A stretch of 64,000 nucleotides of DNA. Origin: a virus. Positions within the stretch are counted from its first letter, which is position 1, and each line of letters opens with the position of its first letter. The stretch is taken from the IMG/VR virus record IMGVR_UViG_3300045988_039444; one strand, given 5' to 3'. Position numbers and translations under genes: made by a program. This document shows positions 28,511-39,013 of the stretch, piece after piece. The notes under the pieces are model-generated. The model was not told the DNA's origin and did no database searches. It was given only the letters and a program-made list of their open reading frames with translations.

Positions 28511-31500
28511 TTAAGCTCTTTTACGTCTTGCAAGACCACCACAAGCAAAACCACTTCTCATGTGATTAGTTACTCCACGAGGCCATAATTTCTCGTATAA
28601 GCGGGCACTTGCGTAATTATTAACTGCTCCGGCAAGACCTTCAACTCCTTGTAACATTCCTTGTAATCCTTGCGTTCTGACTGCCATTAACTGTTGATTC
28701 AAGCCGACAGCTTTGTTATATTCATTAATAGCGTCTTGATACATAATTTGACTATTAACATTTCGAGCATTAACTCGTTCTTGCCTATTCAAATCATATC
28801 TTTGACGTTGATAATCTTTCTTAGCTCCATACAATTTATTTCGAGCAAGTTGAGCATTAATTGCAAGATTTGCTACACTATTTCGAGCAGTTTGAACATT
28901 ACTTGTGTTATCAGTAATATATCGAGCAGCTCTACGTTCTTGTGTGCCAAGTTCTTGTAATTCCTCACTAATATCATAATCTGTACTATATTGGACAGCA
29001 TCTACTTTATTACCTTTCGGAACATGAAGTGTAGATTCAAATTCAATAGCCTTTCGATTAGCACGAGTATTAAGAGCGTTACCTACAATTCCAAACAGTG
29101 AACTTGCAAGATTCATACCAAGTCCAAATTCATTAAATCCGAACTTAAATGCAGAACCACCGCCAGCACTTGCAGTAGTTTGAATTGGAGGTAAAGTAGT
29201 AAGTTTAGGAGCTGAAACTCCTGTAAGACTATAAGGTGAAGCATATCCACCAAAAGGTCTTTTCTTTCTTACCATTCCACCACAACGCATAATCGGAGCA
29301 TCATCACGAAGTCCTAAAGCAGTGGCATAAAGTTCTTGAGCTTCAAACAAATCTGCTGTTTTAGTATCAATAGCTTCAGATTCACCACGAGCTTTATTCA
29401 TTTTATAAACTAATTTTTCAATATTACGAATATTTGTTCCAGTTTGTAATTTGTTAGTTTTACTCTTATCTAATGCAGATAAAGATAATGTAACTCCATC
29501 AGCAAGTTGAATGACTTGAGCTTCTTTTTTACCTTTCATATCAGTAAGTTTCTTTGCGTAATCAGCGAAAGTACGATTTGTTCCGGGAACTTTAATTGTA
29601 TCACTGAATACTTGACCACCTTCAGAAGTTTCACGAACAACTTCACCAGCATACATTCGACCATTTTTAGCGCCGCCGCCTTCAATTTCCGAATCACCAT
29701 ATATGATTCCAGTTTCACCAGTAGCAGGATTATATTGTTCATGAGTTTGACCATAAGCAACAACACTATTAGATGAATTAGGAACTACTTGACCACCGGT
29801 GTTTAACTTTCTACGACCAACCATTCCACCTAATTTAGCATAAAATCCTGTACCTTCGGAGTAATTGCCAAGATTACTTTGTCGAATAGTTGCAACATCA
29901 TTTTCAACTTTATCTTGCATATTACCCAAAGTCTGCTGACGTTCCATTTCAGCTTGTTCAGCTAAAAGTTCTTGACGACGACGTTCTTCTTGACGCTTTT
30001 TCTTACGTCCAGTAAACAGACCAACAATGCCACCAATTAATGCGCCGATACCAGCACCGATAGGGCCAAGCCAAGAACCAGCAGCTGCACCAGTAGCAAG
30101 CGCCGCGGTTCCACCAACAGCAGCTCCAATTCCTAATCCAGTTCCAGCTCCACTTAAAGCGCTACCACCTACGATACCTTCGCCATCAGCACTATATTTA
30201 GATTCGTCAATATCACTGGTTTGAACTCGTGTACCCCATTGAACACTACCGGGGTCATTAATACTTGTTCCACCCCAATAAAATTTCCTACGAGGAGTTC
30301 CAACAAGTCCACCGAATTTAGCAGTAATACCACGAGAAGTTAAAACTTCATTATTAATCTTATTTTGCATATTAGCATAAATAGCTGAATCACGAGCCAT
30401 CAATTGATTTGCCTTTGCAATACCTTGGGCATTCAAATCAAGGTTGCCGTATTCATAAACATCACTAAGATGTTTTCGTTTAATACCAACACCTTCATTT
30501 TCAAAATAATCTCGATTGTTTTTACCAGCGATTATACTACGATAAGCATCACCAGACATAACGCCACCGAAATCTTTTCGCTTACGTCTTACAAGACCAC
30601 CACAACGAGCAACTCCACGAGCAGTAACAATTTCATTATTGATTTTGTTCTGCATATTTGCATAAATAAGTTTATCATTAGCAATCAACTTATCTACATA
30701 GTTCTTAACTGGGATTCCAGTATCATCATTCTTTCCGCCATGATATAATAAATCAATCATACCATTACCGAAAAAACTATTACCGGAATTACGAGCCATT
30801 CCTAAATAATCAGCGGTAGCGTCATGTGTAGAACGAATACCACCGAAATTATATTTTTTACGATTAGTTTTACTCATATCTTCAACATAGTTATCAGGAT
30901 TATCATCAGTATTAAAATTAGAAAATAATTTATTTCTAATCATATCATAATCATTAGAACTATTAGTTTTAAATATTTCTAATTCAGATTTATCTCTTCT
31001 TTTATTACCAGTAGTATATTCTTTAATAATACTATCTGTATTACGTTCATTAGCACCTTTTAACAATTTCTTATATTGTCTAAAACCAGTTCGACCTACT
31101 CGATATGCAAGATTAGACATAAGATTAACAATAGGTTGAGGTAAGGTATTGAAATCATCAATACCATATTTCTCAGAATAAATATCACGAACATCATTGT
31201 AGGCTTTCGCCATACGACGATTCAATTCAGCATCAATTTGTTTTCTTGTTGCTTTACCTTTCGCTTTAACAGATTTAGTAAAATCAGAAGTATCATTTAA
31301 CTTAAAACCGGGACCAATAGTTTTAGCACCACCTTCATATGAAGCATAAGGATAATAATATTTACCATCTTTTGAACGTGAACGAACAGTTTTAAGTTTA
31401 TTATTTTCTTTAACACGAACAAATTCTTTATCACCAGTCAATTCGTTATCCCAAATATGTTGAGAATACTCATTAATATAACGAGTAACTTGACGAAGAC

Positions 31501-31528
31501 TATCAGGATTAACTTTACGATTAGACAT
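28511..31528 (-). CDS. Virion-associated protein (1005 aa) with an N-terminal lysozyme-like (GH24/T4-lysozyme-like) segment, a Gly-zipper transmembrane-like region and five basic GG(L/M)V-x-RRKR…GG repeats. Candidate ejection/cell-wall-penetration protein.
   Basis: Lysozyme-like N-terminus: …YEGGAKTIGPGFKL…AELNRRMAKAYNDVR…IVNLMSNLAYRVGRTGF resembles the T4-lysozyme E…TIGIGHLL…ALINMVFQMGETG pattern. Gly-zipper: GAGTGLGIGAAVGGTAALATGAAAGSWLGPIGAGIGALIGGIVGLF. Basic repeats: ARCGGLVRRKRKDFGG, AKFGGLVGTPRRKFYWGG, AKLGGMVGRRKLNTGG, MRCGGMVRKKRPFGG, ACGGLARRKRA. There is an internal ~40-aa duplication around IYANMQNKINNE. Confidence 0.8.
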   Translation of the reverse strand: MSNRKVNPDSLRQVTRYINEYSQHIWDNELTGDKEFVRVKENNKLKTVRSRSKDGKYYYPYASYEGGAKTIGPGFKLNDTSDFTKSVKAKGKATRKQIDAELNRRMAKAYNDVRDIYSEKYGIDDFNTLPQPIVNLMSNLAYRVGRTGFRQYKKLLKGANERNTDSIIKEYTTGNKRRDKSELEIFKTNSSNDYDMIRNKLFSNFNTDDNPDNYVEDMSKTNRKKYNFGGIRSTHDATADYLGMARNSGNSFFGNGMIDLLYHGGKNDDTGIPVKNYVDKLIANDKLIYANMQNKINNEIVTARGVARCGGLVRRKRKDFGGVMSGDAYRSIIAGKNNRDYFENEGVGIKRKHLSDVYEYGNLDLNAQGIAKANQLMARDSAIYANMQNKINNEVLTSRGITAKFGGLVGTPRRKFYWGGTSINDPGSVQWGTRVQTSDIDESKYSADGEGIVGGSALSGAGTGLGIGAAVGGTAALATGAAAGSWLGPIGAGIGALIGGIVGLFTGRKKKRQEERRRQELLAEQAEMERQQTLGNMQDKVENDVATIRQSNLGNYSEGTGFYAKLGGMVGRRKLNTGGQVVPNSSNSVVAYGQTHEQYNPATGETGIIYGDSEIEGGGAKNGRMYAGEVVRETSEGGQVFSDTIKVPGTNRTFADYAKKLTDMKGKKEAQVIQLADGVTLSLSALDKSKTNKLQTGTNIRNIEKLVYKMNKARGESEAIDTKTADLFEAQELYATALGLRDDAPIMRCGGMVRKKRPFGGYASPYSLTGVSAPKLTTLPPIQTTASAGGGSAFKFGFNEFGLGMNLASSLFGIVGNALNTRANRKAIEFESTLHVPKGNKVDAVQYSTDYDISEELQELGTQERRAARYITDNTSNVQTARNSVANLAINAQLARNKLYGAKKDYQRQRYDLNRQERVNARNVNSQIMYQDAINEYNKAVGLNQQLMAVRTQGLQGMLQGVEGLAGAVNNYASARLYEKLWPRGVTNHMRSGFACGGLARRKRA

Positions 31529-31550
31529 ACCATTAAAAGTTTGAGTAACA

Positions 31551-31617
31551 CGACAAGTGGGCGTGCAACCTCCTGCCCCACCGGGGAGCGAGGCCGAAGG
31601 CCGAGCCGCACAAGTTG
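31551..31617. repeat. GC-rich repeat element, full copy in opposite orientation (GGCC-GAA-GGCC hairpin), flanked by direct ACAAGT. Intergenic between the 1424-aa and 1005-aa genes.
   Basis: CGACAAGTGGGCGTGCAACCTCCTGCCCCACCGGGGAGCGAGGCCGAAGGCCGAGCCGCACAAGTTG. Confidence 0.9.
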
Positions 31618-31624
31618 TTACAAA

Positions 31625-34600
31625 TTATCTTTGATTATTACGATTATCAAGAATCCATTCGGGATTAACATCAATAAGTTCCCAAAGTCTGTTATTATCA
31701 CTATTATTAAACTTCATTATACAATAAATATATTGACAAATGAATTTATTAATATCATACCATTTAGCTTTACGTTTTAGTGCAGATTCATCTACAACTA
31801 AATCAGTAATCATAAAAGGTATTTGTTTGTGTATATCATTAACACTATTAAATCTCCAAAGATTTACTTTATTAACACCAGTTGTACCATTATACCATTT
31901 ATCATTAAATTTAACAATTTTATAACCAGTACATTGGTCATCATTATGAACCAATATTTCATTAATAGTTTTATAAAATTCATTAACAGTAGGTAATAAA
32001 TTATTAACAATATCAACTCTATCTTTCCAAGCGATATTATTTAATAACTTATTATAACTATTATTATCATTAAGAATAAATTTAATATATGATTCTTTAA
32101 TAAGTTGATTACCATTATCATCTTTTAAGAATCGACCATAATTATTTTTAGATATTGCATAAATGCCATGTTTATCAAACCAGAATAATCCATTTCGATT
32201 GGTAATACCTACAATAGGATTATAGTCATGAAATGAAATCCAAGCATTAGCAATAGGACTAAAACTAATTGTGAATTGTTTATTATCAACATTTTGGACT
32301 AAATATAAGATATTAGTATCTTCATTAAATGCCCAAATTCTACCATTATTCTTAAACGGATTAATTACATCTTTTGCAAGATTACCATCAAACCATTTAA
32401 GAGCATTAAGAGCAGTCATATTACTTACTTTATCTCCATTGATATTGAAGATACGTCTATGAACTGCATCAATAACAAAATAACCAATAACATTAACGTG
32501 AGTATCAAAATAACTTTGACAACCTATATAACCACTGGGACTATATGTAACCTCTTGAGGTTCCATATTAAATATATCAGCTGTACCTAAATACGAAGTA
32601 CCTTCATCCGTATTAGAAAGTGTATCACGAAGTTGTAATAAATGTAGACCATATGTTTGTTGAATATAAAGATTTTTATTGTCAGTTTTTAATGCAATAA
32701 TTTCACCTCGATTAAAAGGCATATCTTTATAATCATCACTTCTAAATAATCGCCAATTAAGATTAGCATTTTCAGCACTCTGTAATTGACTACGAATTAT
32801 ACGATAAGGATGGTCTTGAGTTCCGGGAATTTCTTCAAAATAAGTAAATGTTTCAATACCATTCTCATTGTAAACAGGAGAATAACCTTTACCAACACTA
32901 CTATTTATAAAATTATCAACTTGATAACTTAATTGATAAAATTCGCGTAATTCATTACCACGTTTACCGTGATATTTAAAAGATTTATCTACATTATTAA
33001 TACTAAATCGAGCAAGAATATTGAATTTACTTTCAAGAGGAACAGTAAATATCCAACGATAAACAGTGGCGTTACTGTCTAATTCTTTTGCTTGAGCATC
33101 ACCATAACGATAATCAGATGATGGAGCAGTAGCTCGAAGGGTTATATATCCAATAAATGTATCACCAACTAATGAAGTTATTATTTCAGAAGAACCTTTA
33201 ATATTAATTACATTAGATGCAATTTGAAGTTTCTGATTATTAACATCAGAATAAAGTGTTTCAGAATTATTAATTAAATCGGCAATATATCCTCTTGCCC
33301 ATTCTTCATTATCTGTACCTTTATTAAATCCATCAAAACCTTTTTCAATACGATAATAACTATCGCCAGCAATATTGTTTTGAGAACTAATATTAGCATT
33401 GATATATTCAAGTGAAACATCTTTAGTTGCACGAGAAGTATCAATAGTAAGACTATTAATGTCAGCATCTAAGAATCGAGTTCCAGATTCATTAGGATTT
33501 GTATCAAATCCATCAAAATCTTCACCTTTCCATTTAGCTGGAAATACTTTTATATCATCATCAAGTTCTTCATTTTTAACAAATTTAAGAACATCAGTTT
33601 CAAAGCATAGAGGTTTAAGTTTACCTCGAATACTATTTATCTTATTATAGAGATATTCAAATGTATAAAATCTTGCATTATCTCCACCAAAAGGATTTTT
33701 ATAAGTTTGATTCTTACCAAAATTATTAGTTTCAGTATCTCGCATTGCGAAACCTTGTGTAACAATTCGAGAATTATTAATATTATGTTCAACAAAGAAA
33801 TAAACTATTGAACTAATATATTTATTCATTAAATCTGTTTTACCAGCAAGATTAGCTTTGATATTAATATTAGGACTTAATGTATAAGTAGGATTCCATT
33901 CAGAAGAAGTAGAATATAATTGGGTTAACCAATTAAATGTCGGAGCAGTTGAACCATTAACTTTATAACTTAATCGAGCTTCAATTAAAATATATTTAGT
34001 TTCTTTTGCATCAAGATTAATTACGAAATTAGTTTTGGTATTAATTGTATTACCAATAAATGTAGCTTTACTATCAGATGCTAAAAGATTAGATTCAGAA
34101 ACTTCATAATACCCAGTTTCAACTTCAGATTCTTCTGAATCAATCTGTTTAACTACCGATGTAGCATCATAAACTTTTGTAGTTAAATTTATACCAGCAG
34201 GTATTAAACTATCTCCACCAAATGTAGGACTACATTTAACACCAATTAATTGACTTGATGTACTCTCACTTGTTATCTCCAATACTACAACTTGATAATC
34301 AGAAGGATTAACTCCACCTTCAGAATCTTCAGTTGTATACGGTAATGGAAGACTTGGTAATTTCAGTTTACCTTTTGTTAAAGAACGACCTTTTGCTTTA
34401 ACTGTTGTATGTCCAGTCGAAACTCCGTATAAAGTAAAATAACGATTACGAGCTATTGTAGGTTTTTCACTACCAACACCAATTTTAACAATTTCATCTA
34501 CTTGTTCAGCAGCATCAATATCAGGTAAACTCTTCCAACTCGGACTTATAATCTTACTAATACTTTCAGATTTATAAGGAATTTTATGAGCATTTTGATT

Positions 34601-35899
34601 AGTAGAACCTACAGGATAAGCTTCAACATCATAATTGTTAGCTTTCCAAGGAATATGATGTATATTTACAAGGTCACCTTTATAATCATAATATCCAGCA
34701 TAAAGAACATAAACTTCACCACTCTTAAAATAACGTCGAGTACTATTAATATAAGAAGAACTTGGATTCCAACTTAATTGAACATCAAGATTGTTCTTTG
34801 TAAACTCTTTAAGTTCACTATCAAGTTTACTATAATCAAGAGTTTTTACATTACCTCGAATAAGTCTATTATTGAAATTAACAAGAGTATTATCTCGAAT
34901 ATATGATATGTTTTTAATAAAAATATCATCAAGACTTATAGTAGATAAATATGAAACATCACTTACAATATGAGTAGTACTTACACCACTAATTGAAATG
35001 TCATCAGTTTCATATGATAATTGAGCTTCGTCAGTAATATAAACAATAGCAAATCTACAATGTTTATATTTAATACCACTATTTCTAAAACTAATAGTAA
35101 TATTCTTATTGATTTCGATACCTAACGCATAATCTTCTTCGTAATTACCACAAACAATAAGTGATGTACTCAAAGGAGAATAGTTTGTATAAGTACCATC
35201 ATCAAGACGATATTTAATTGCTATTTGATAAGCACCAGTTTTAAGATTACCACCGTCTTTAACTTCTAATTGAAGTTCAGGATAAGTAACATTTGGAATA
35301 AGATTAAACGAATCAACTTCATCAACAGTGATGTCATATCCTATCGCAGTATCATCTCCATTGTTACCATCATAAAACGGGTCAGTCATATTAATAATTC
35401 TTGTTTCATTTGCTGATTCATCAGTTCCCTCAGTAAATGTAACAATCAAATTTTCTTTATAATTATATATATAATCTCCATGAATTGGTCTATCAATACT
35501 GAATCCAAATGCACCCGATGTACTATACAAACAACGTTTTACAGTTGGGTTATTATCATCAAGATTAAGATATATAATAGCGTCGTTAGTTTGTAAATCA
35601 GATTTATCTGCATTATTCCAGTGTTCTACAACGCAAAAAAGTACAACACCAACATTAGTTGGAATTGTACCTATAATATTATATTTGTGATTATTGGCAT
35701 CACTATAAATATAAGGAATGATATGCCGATTTGTCGGATGATTTTCAAGAATATCATCTAATTCACCTATGAAATCAAATCCTCTTTCATTAAAATAACT
35801 TTGACCTTTATTATCAATAGTTATATTTTTAGCATATCGTAAAGATTTATCTTGTGCAATATGAGGTGAATTATCTAAATCAAGACCTAAAACTTTCAT
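31625..35899 (-). CDS. Large beta-rich tail/structural protein (1424 aa).
   Basis: Uninterrupted 4.3-kb ORF with Asn/Tyr/Gly/Thr-rich composition typical of phage tail and fibre proteins. No catalytic motifs recognised. Confidence 0.8.
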   Translation of the reverse strand: MKVLGLDLDNSPHIAQDKSLRYAKNITIDNKGQSYFNERGFDFIGELDDILENHPTNRHIIPYIYSDANNHKYNIIGTIPTNVGVVLFCVVEHWNNADKSDLQTNDAIIYLNLDDNNPTVKRCLYSTSGAFGFSIDRPIHGDYIYNYKENLIVTFTEGTDESANETRIINMTDPFYDGNNGDDTAIGYDITVDEVDSFNLIPNVTYPELQLEVKDGGNLKTGAYQIAIKYRLDDGTYTNYSPLSTSLIVCGNYEEDYALGIEINKNITISFRNSGIKYKHCRFAIVYITDEAQLSYETDDISISGVSTTHIVSDVSYLSTISLDDIFIKNISYIRDNTLVNFNNRLIRGNVKTLDYSKLDSELKEFTKNNLDVQLSWNPSSSYINSTRRYFKSGEVYVLYAGYYDYKGDLVNIHHIPWKANNYDVEAYPVGSTNQNAHKIPYKSESISKIISPSWKSLPDIDAAEQVDEIVKIGVGSEKPTIARNRYFTLYGVSTGHTTVKAKGRSLTKGKLKLPSLPLPYTTEDSEGGVNPSDYQVVVLEITSESTSSQLIGVKCSPTFGGDSLIPAGINLTTKVYDATSVVKQIDSEESEVETGYYEVSESNLLASDSKATFIGNTINTKTNFVINLDAKETKYILIEARLSYKVNGSTAPTFNWLTQLYSTSSEWNPTYTLSPNINIKANLAGKTDLMNKYISSIVYFFVEHNINNSRIVTQGFAMRDTETNNFGKNQTYKNPFGGDNARFYTFEYLYNKINSIRGKLKPLCFETDVLKFVKNEELDDDIKVFPAKWKGEDFDGFDTNPNESGTRFLDADINSLTIDTSRATKDVSLEYINANISSQNNIAGDSYYRIEKGFDGFNKGTDNEEWARGYIADLINNSETLYSDVNNQKLQIASNVINIKGSSEIITSLVGDTFIGYITLRATAPSSDYRYGDAQAKELDSNATVYRWIFTVPLESKFNILARFSINNVDKSFKYHGKRGNELREFYQLSYQVDNFINSSVGKGYSPVYNENGIETFTYFEEIPGTQDHPYRIIRSQLQSAENANLNWRLFRSDDYKDMPFNRGEIIALKTDNKNLYIQQTYGLHLLQLRDTLSNTDEGTSYLGTADIFNMEPQEVTYSPSGYIGCQSYFDTHVNVIGYFVIDAVHRRIFNINGDKVSNMTALNALKWFDGNLAKDVINPFKNNGRIWAFNEDTNILYLVQNVDNKQFTISFSPIANAWISFHDYNPIVGITNRNGLFWFDKHGIYAISKNNYGRFLKDDNGNQLIKESYIKFILNDNNSYNKLLNNIAWKDRVDIVNNLLPTVNEFYKTINEILVHNDDQCTGYKIVKFNDKWYNGTTGVNKVNLWRFNSVNDIHKQIPFMITDLVVDESALKRKAKWYDINKFICQYIYCIMKFNNSDNNRLWELIDVNPEWILDNRNNQR

Positions 35900-35907
35900 A
35901 ATTTCTA

Positions 35908-36657
35908 TTATTCTAATGTACGAAGAATAGTAGCAATATTCTCTCGACGGTCGTTACTAAATTTATTACAAGAAACTCGAACTTGTATTCTCATTCTATC
36001 GAGTTCTATCGCAGGATTTGTATAAGGATTGTTTGCTGTAAGACTTACAACTGGATGTTTATAACCTCTTAATAACATTTGTTTAAGAACATAAAGTTTA
36101 AGATATTTTTTAAGAGGGCCATTATTATAAATAAGAGGAACATCCATATTTATAATACTGTCATAAACAACAGGCAAAGCTCTATATCTTAAATGAATAG
36201 TTCCATAATCAATGTTAGTATGAATCCAGTTATTACTAATGTAATAATAAGGTTGCTCTTTATCAACAGAAGCATGATTAAAACTATCATTTTTATCACC
36301 GGGACTTGTTATATCTGCATTTGGAATACCGGGATAAGGAGTATATGTCGGAACAGTTGTTACCTTTTCAGTAATAGTATCTTTGTTAAACTCAGCTGAA
36401 TTTTTAAGAACAGCTTTTTTATTATTTATAATGACATCAATTACACCTCGGAAATCCCACGGTAATTGGCAACGATGGTCATCAAATTCAATATCTTTTT
36501 CTACATTAGCATAAGCCTGAATAAATTTAAGTTCTTCCAAAGCATTTGCAACCCAAATAGGAAAACGACTTACAAAGTCATCACTTTGTATATTATAATC
36601 GTTATACATATCTGGAATTAATGTAGCACTACTAATGAATATATTATTATCAATCAT
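35908..36657 (-). CDS. Hypothetical structural-module protein (249 aa).
   Basis: ORF packed 8 nt from the neighbouring gene; typical codon usage. Confidence 0.65.
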   Translation of the reverse strand: MIDNNIFISSATLIPDMYNDYNIQSDDFVSRFPIWVANALEELKFIQAYANVEKDIEFDDHRCQLPWDFRGVIDVIINNKKAVLKNSAEFNKDTITEKVTTVPTYTPYPGIPNADITSPGDKNDSFNHASVDKEQPYYYISNNWIHTNIDYGTIHLRYRALPVVYDSIINMDVPLIYNNGPLKKYLKLYVLKQMLLRGYKHPVVSLTANNPYTNPAIELDRMRIQVRVSCNKFSNDRRENIATILRTLE

Positions 36658-37526
36658 AAAGCATTATTTTGTTTAGGAAGATTATTTCGATATAGTTTAA
36701 TAGCTTCGTCAGGATGATTAAAACAAATTGCAAGAATTTTATTGAAACAATTAAGTCTTCGATTTGTTGCAATTTCATCGACAGTTTTACCTTTCATTGC
36801 AAAAGGTGTTCTGTCAATAGTTTTTTCACCATTTTCATAAGCACTACTTGTGTGACCAAATTTGAATTTGTAATAAACACTTTGCGGTATTCGACCTTTA
36901 ACTTTATGATATACAGCTTTTATGCACCAGTCATAATCATAATATATGAAATAAGGAATACCATTTGGATTATCAGCAGTTCGTATATTAATACCTTGTT
37001 CTAACAATTTCTTTTTTAAGTCTTTTGTAGCACCCCAATCGACAACACTACATACATCTCCTGGCATTGTCTTTTTATAGTAAACATAAACGTAACCTAC
37101 GGAACTACCAAAAGAATAATTATTACCTTTGCATAGTAAATTAGCTATCTCATTATTAACTTCATCTTGCATATAAGTATACATTTCAGAAGGTAATTCT
37201 TTAAGAGCAGCAAGAGTTTCTATATCATCATCGAGTTTATCAAGACGTTCATAAACTAAGTAATTATAACTACGAATATAACTCATTAGTTTAGTACCAA
37301 GTAAAGCATCTTGTTTCTTATTAAAATAAATCTTACTACGATTATCAATATCGAATACTACTGAAACATCAACACCGGCTTCTTGATATTTAGCAAGATT
37401 ATCTTTGATATTATAAATACAATCATTGCGTCGTTCATAAGCAAGATGTAATTGTTTAATTAAAGAATTAAGTTGTATTTGAACTTCTTTAACGAAATCT
37501 CTCCAATAATATTCGTTATCAACCAT
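36654..37526 (-). CDS. Hypothetical protein (290 aa).
   Basis: ORF with a 4-nt ATGA-type overlap with the downstream gene (translational-coupling arrangement). Confidence 0.65.
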   Translation of the reverse strand: MVDNEYYWRDFVKEVQIQLNSLIKQLHLAYERRNDCIYNIKDNLAKYQEAGVDVSVVFDIDNRSKIYFNKKQDALLGTKLMSYIRSYNYLVYERLDKLDDDIETLAALKELPSEMYTYMQDEVNNEIANLLCKGNNYSFGSSVGYVYVYYKKTMPGDVCSVVDWGATKDLKKKLLEQGINIRTADNPNGIPYFIYYDYDWCIKAVYHKVKGRIPQSVYYKFKFGHTSSAYENGEKTIDRTPFAMKGKTVDEIATNRRLNCFNKILAICFNHPDEAIKLYRNNLPKQNNAL

Positions 37527-37544
37527 AATGATAGAAACATGATG

Positions 37545-38258
37545 TTAATCTTGACCATTACCACGTTGAGCAATAGTAGGATTATTATTATTTGTTTTAA
37601 TATCCAAATCTTGAGGATAAATACCAAATTCAGTTTTAAGTATTTCTTGAATTATACTTTCAAGCATATCATTAGGTAAAGGTAATTCAATATCTTGACC
37701 ATCTTCATTCTTAAAGAACGAAAGAACTTCATCAGGATTTTCAAATATACCTGTAATCATTACTTCATTAATTGGTCGTCTATCATCAATATCTTTTGTA
37801 CCAACTTTTTCAGCAATAATTATATGACCGTTTAATATAATATAAGCTCGTGGATACCCGGTGGGAGAGCAGGTTGGACGCCCACTTTGACGTAGTTTAA
37901 GAGATGTAATAGAACTCTCATACATATATCCATTACCAACAGTATCACCTACAAACGCAAAAGGCGCATCACTTTGTATGCGCACGGGTGTAGGAACTTT
38001 GTACTTTGTTCCTAACAATCTAATTTTATTAGCAACTCGATATTCAGTAGGAAGAATATCACTATATTTCAACTCTTCAACAGGAGCAATAAAAGTAAGT
38101 TTAAGAATATCATCTATTCCATTTTTCTCAACGCTTTGTCGGATACGATTTGCAAACATAGTTTTAATCATATCTTTAACACGTTCTTTAAGTTCGTGAT
38201 TATTAGGTTGATTAACCATGTTTGCAATACGAGCTGCATATTGATTAAGTGTTCCCAT
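37545..38258 (-). CDS. Hypothetical protein (237 aa) carrying an in-frame degenerate copy of the GC-rich element.
   Basis: ORF. The element core at 37857-37888 is translated as …QSGRPTCSPTGYPRAY…. Confidence 0.65.
   Translation of the reverse strand: MGTLNQYAARIANMVNQPNNHELKERVKDMIKTMFANRIRQSVEKNGIDDILKLTFIAPVEELKYSDILPTEYRVANKIRLLGTKYKVPTPVRIQSDAPFAFVGDTVGNGYMYESSITSLKLRQSGRPTCSPTGYPRAYIILNGHIIIAEKVGTKDIDDRRPINEVMITGIFENPDEVLSFFKNEDGQDIELPLPNDMLESIIQEILKTEFGIYPQDLDIKTNNNNPTIAQRGNGQD
37857..37888. repeat. GC-rich repeat element, degenerate core-only copy inside the 237-aa CDS (in frame).
   Basis: CCCGGTGGGAGAGCAGGTTGGACGCCCACTTT versus consensus CCCGGTGGGGCAGGAGGTTGCACGCCCACTTG, about 85% identity. 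Confidence 0.7.
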
Positions 38259-38261
38259 ATC

Positions 38262-38939
38262 TTACTTATTTAGATTCAAAAGATTAGCAATAGTATTTTG
38301 TTTTTTCCAAATATATTTTTCATCATCAGGATTAAATCCTTCTACGATATTATATTCAAGAGAAATAAAACCAATAGGTGTTTCTTTAATAGGGTCTTTA
38401 ATAAGAAAAGTATAAGCAGACTTCATACCTCTACTTTCAAGTTCATCTTTATAACATCTATCTTGAAACTTATATTTACTAACATCATTACAATAATGAC
38501 GATTTCTAACAAGAAGATTATGAAATAAATAAGGAAAATTATTAACAAGAACATCCTTAAAAGATTTCTTATAAGATACTACACAACAATCATAATCTTC
38601 ACCAACAACAGTGTATTTATCCATTTCTACACCATTAATGAAATGACCGCCATTATGAAAATAAGCAATATAAACAGCATTAGCGTGAATAGTATCTCGA
38701 ATAGAAGCACATATCTTATCAAGTTCTATATAACAATTACTTTTTTCAATAGTGAGTTTTTGTTCTTTACGCTTAGGAAATAACCATTCTTTTAGATAAA
38801 TACCAGCAATCGTACTTATGGATGTTATTATAGCTACTATAATAGCTGTATAATCGAACATAGATAGGCGTATAAGAGGATTAATATTAATAGGTATATT
38901 ATATTGGGCTACTAACAAATATACGTTAAAATCCCCCAT
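38262..38939 (-). CDS. Membrane-anchored hypothetical protein (225 aa; one N-terminal TM helix).
   Basis: ORF with N-terminal hydrophobic segment YTAIIVAIITSISTIAGIYL. Confidence 0.65.
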   Translation of the reverse strand: MGDFNVYLLVAQYNIPININPLIRLSMFDYTAIIVAIITSISTIAGIYLKEWLFPKRKEQKLTIEKSNCYIELDKICASIRDTIHANAVYIAYFHNGGHFINGVEMDKYTVVGEDYDCCVVSYKKSFKDVLVNNFPYLFHNLLVRNRHYCNDVSKYKFQDRCYKDELESRGMKSAYTFLIKDPIKETPIGFISLEYNIVEGFNPDDEKYIWKKQNTIANLLNLNK

Positions 38940-38955
38940 TTCCAGCCGTAATTAC

Positions 38956-38990
38956 ATGAAAAAAGACGTGCTAATCTAATAGCACGTCTT
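38956..38990 (-). terminator. Rho-independent terminator between the 172-aa and 225-aa genes.
   Basis: On the minus strand: AAGACGTGCTA-TTAGAT-TAGCACGTCTT (11-bp stem) followed by TTTTTCATG. Confidence 0.6.
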
Positions 38991-39013
38991 ACCAAACAAA
39001 TTACAATAGCCCA

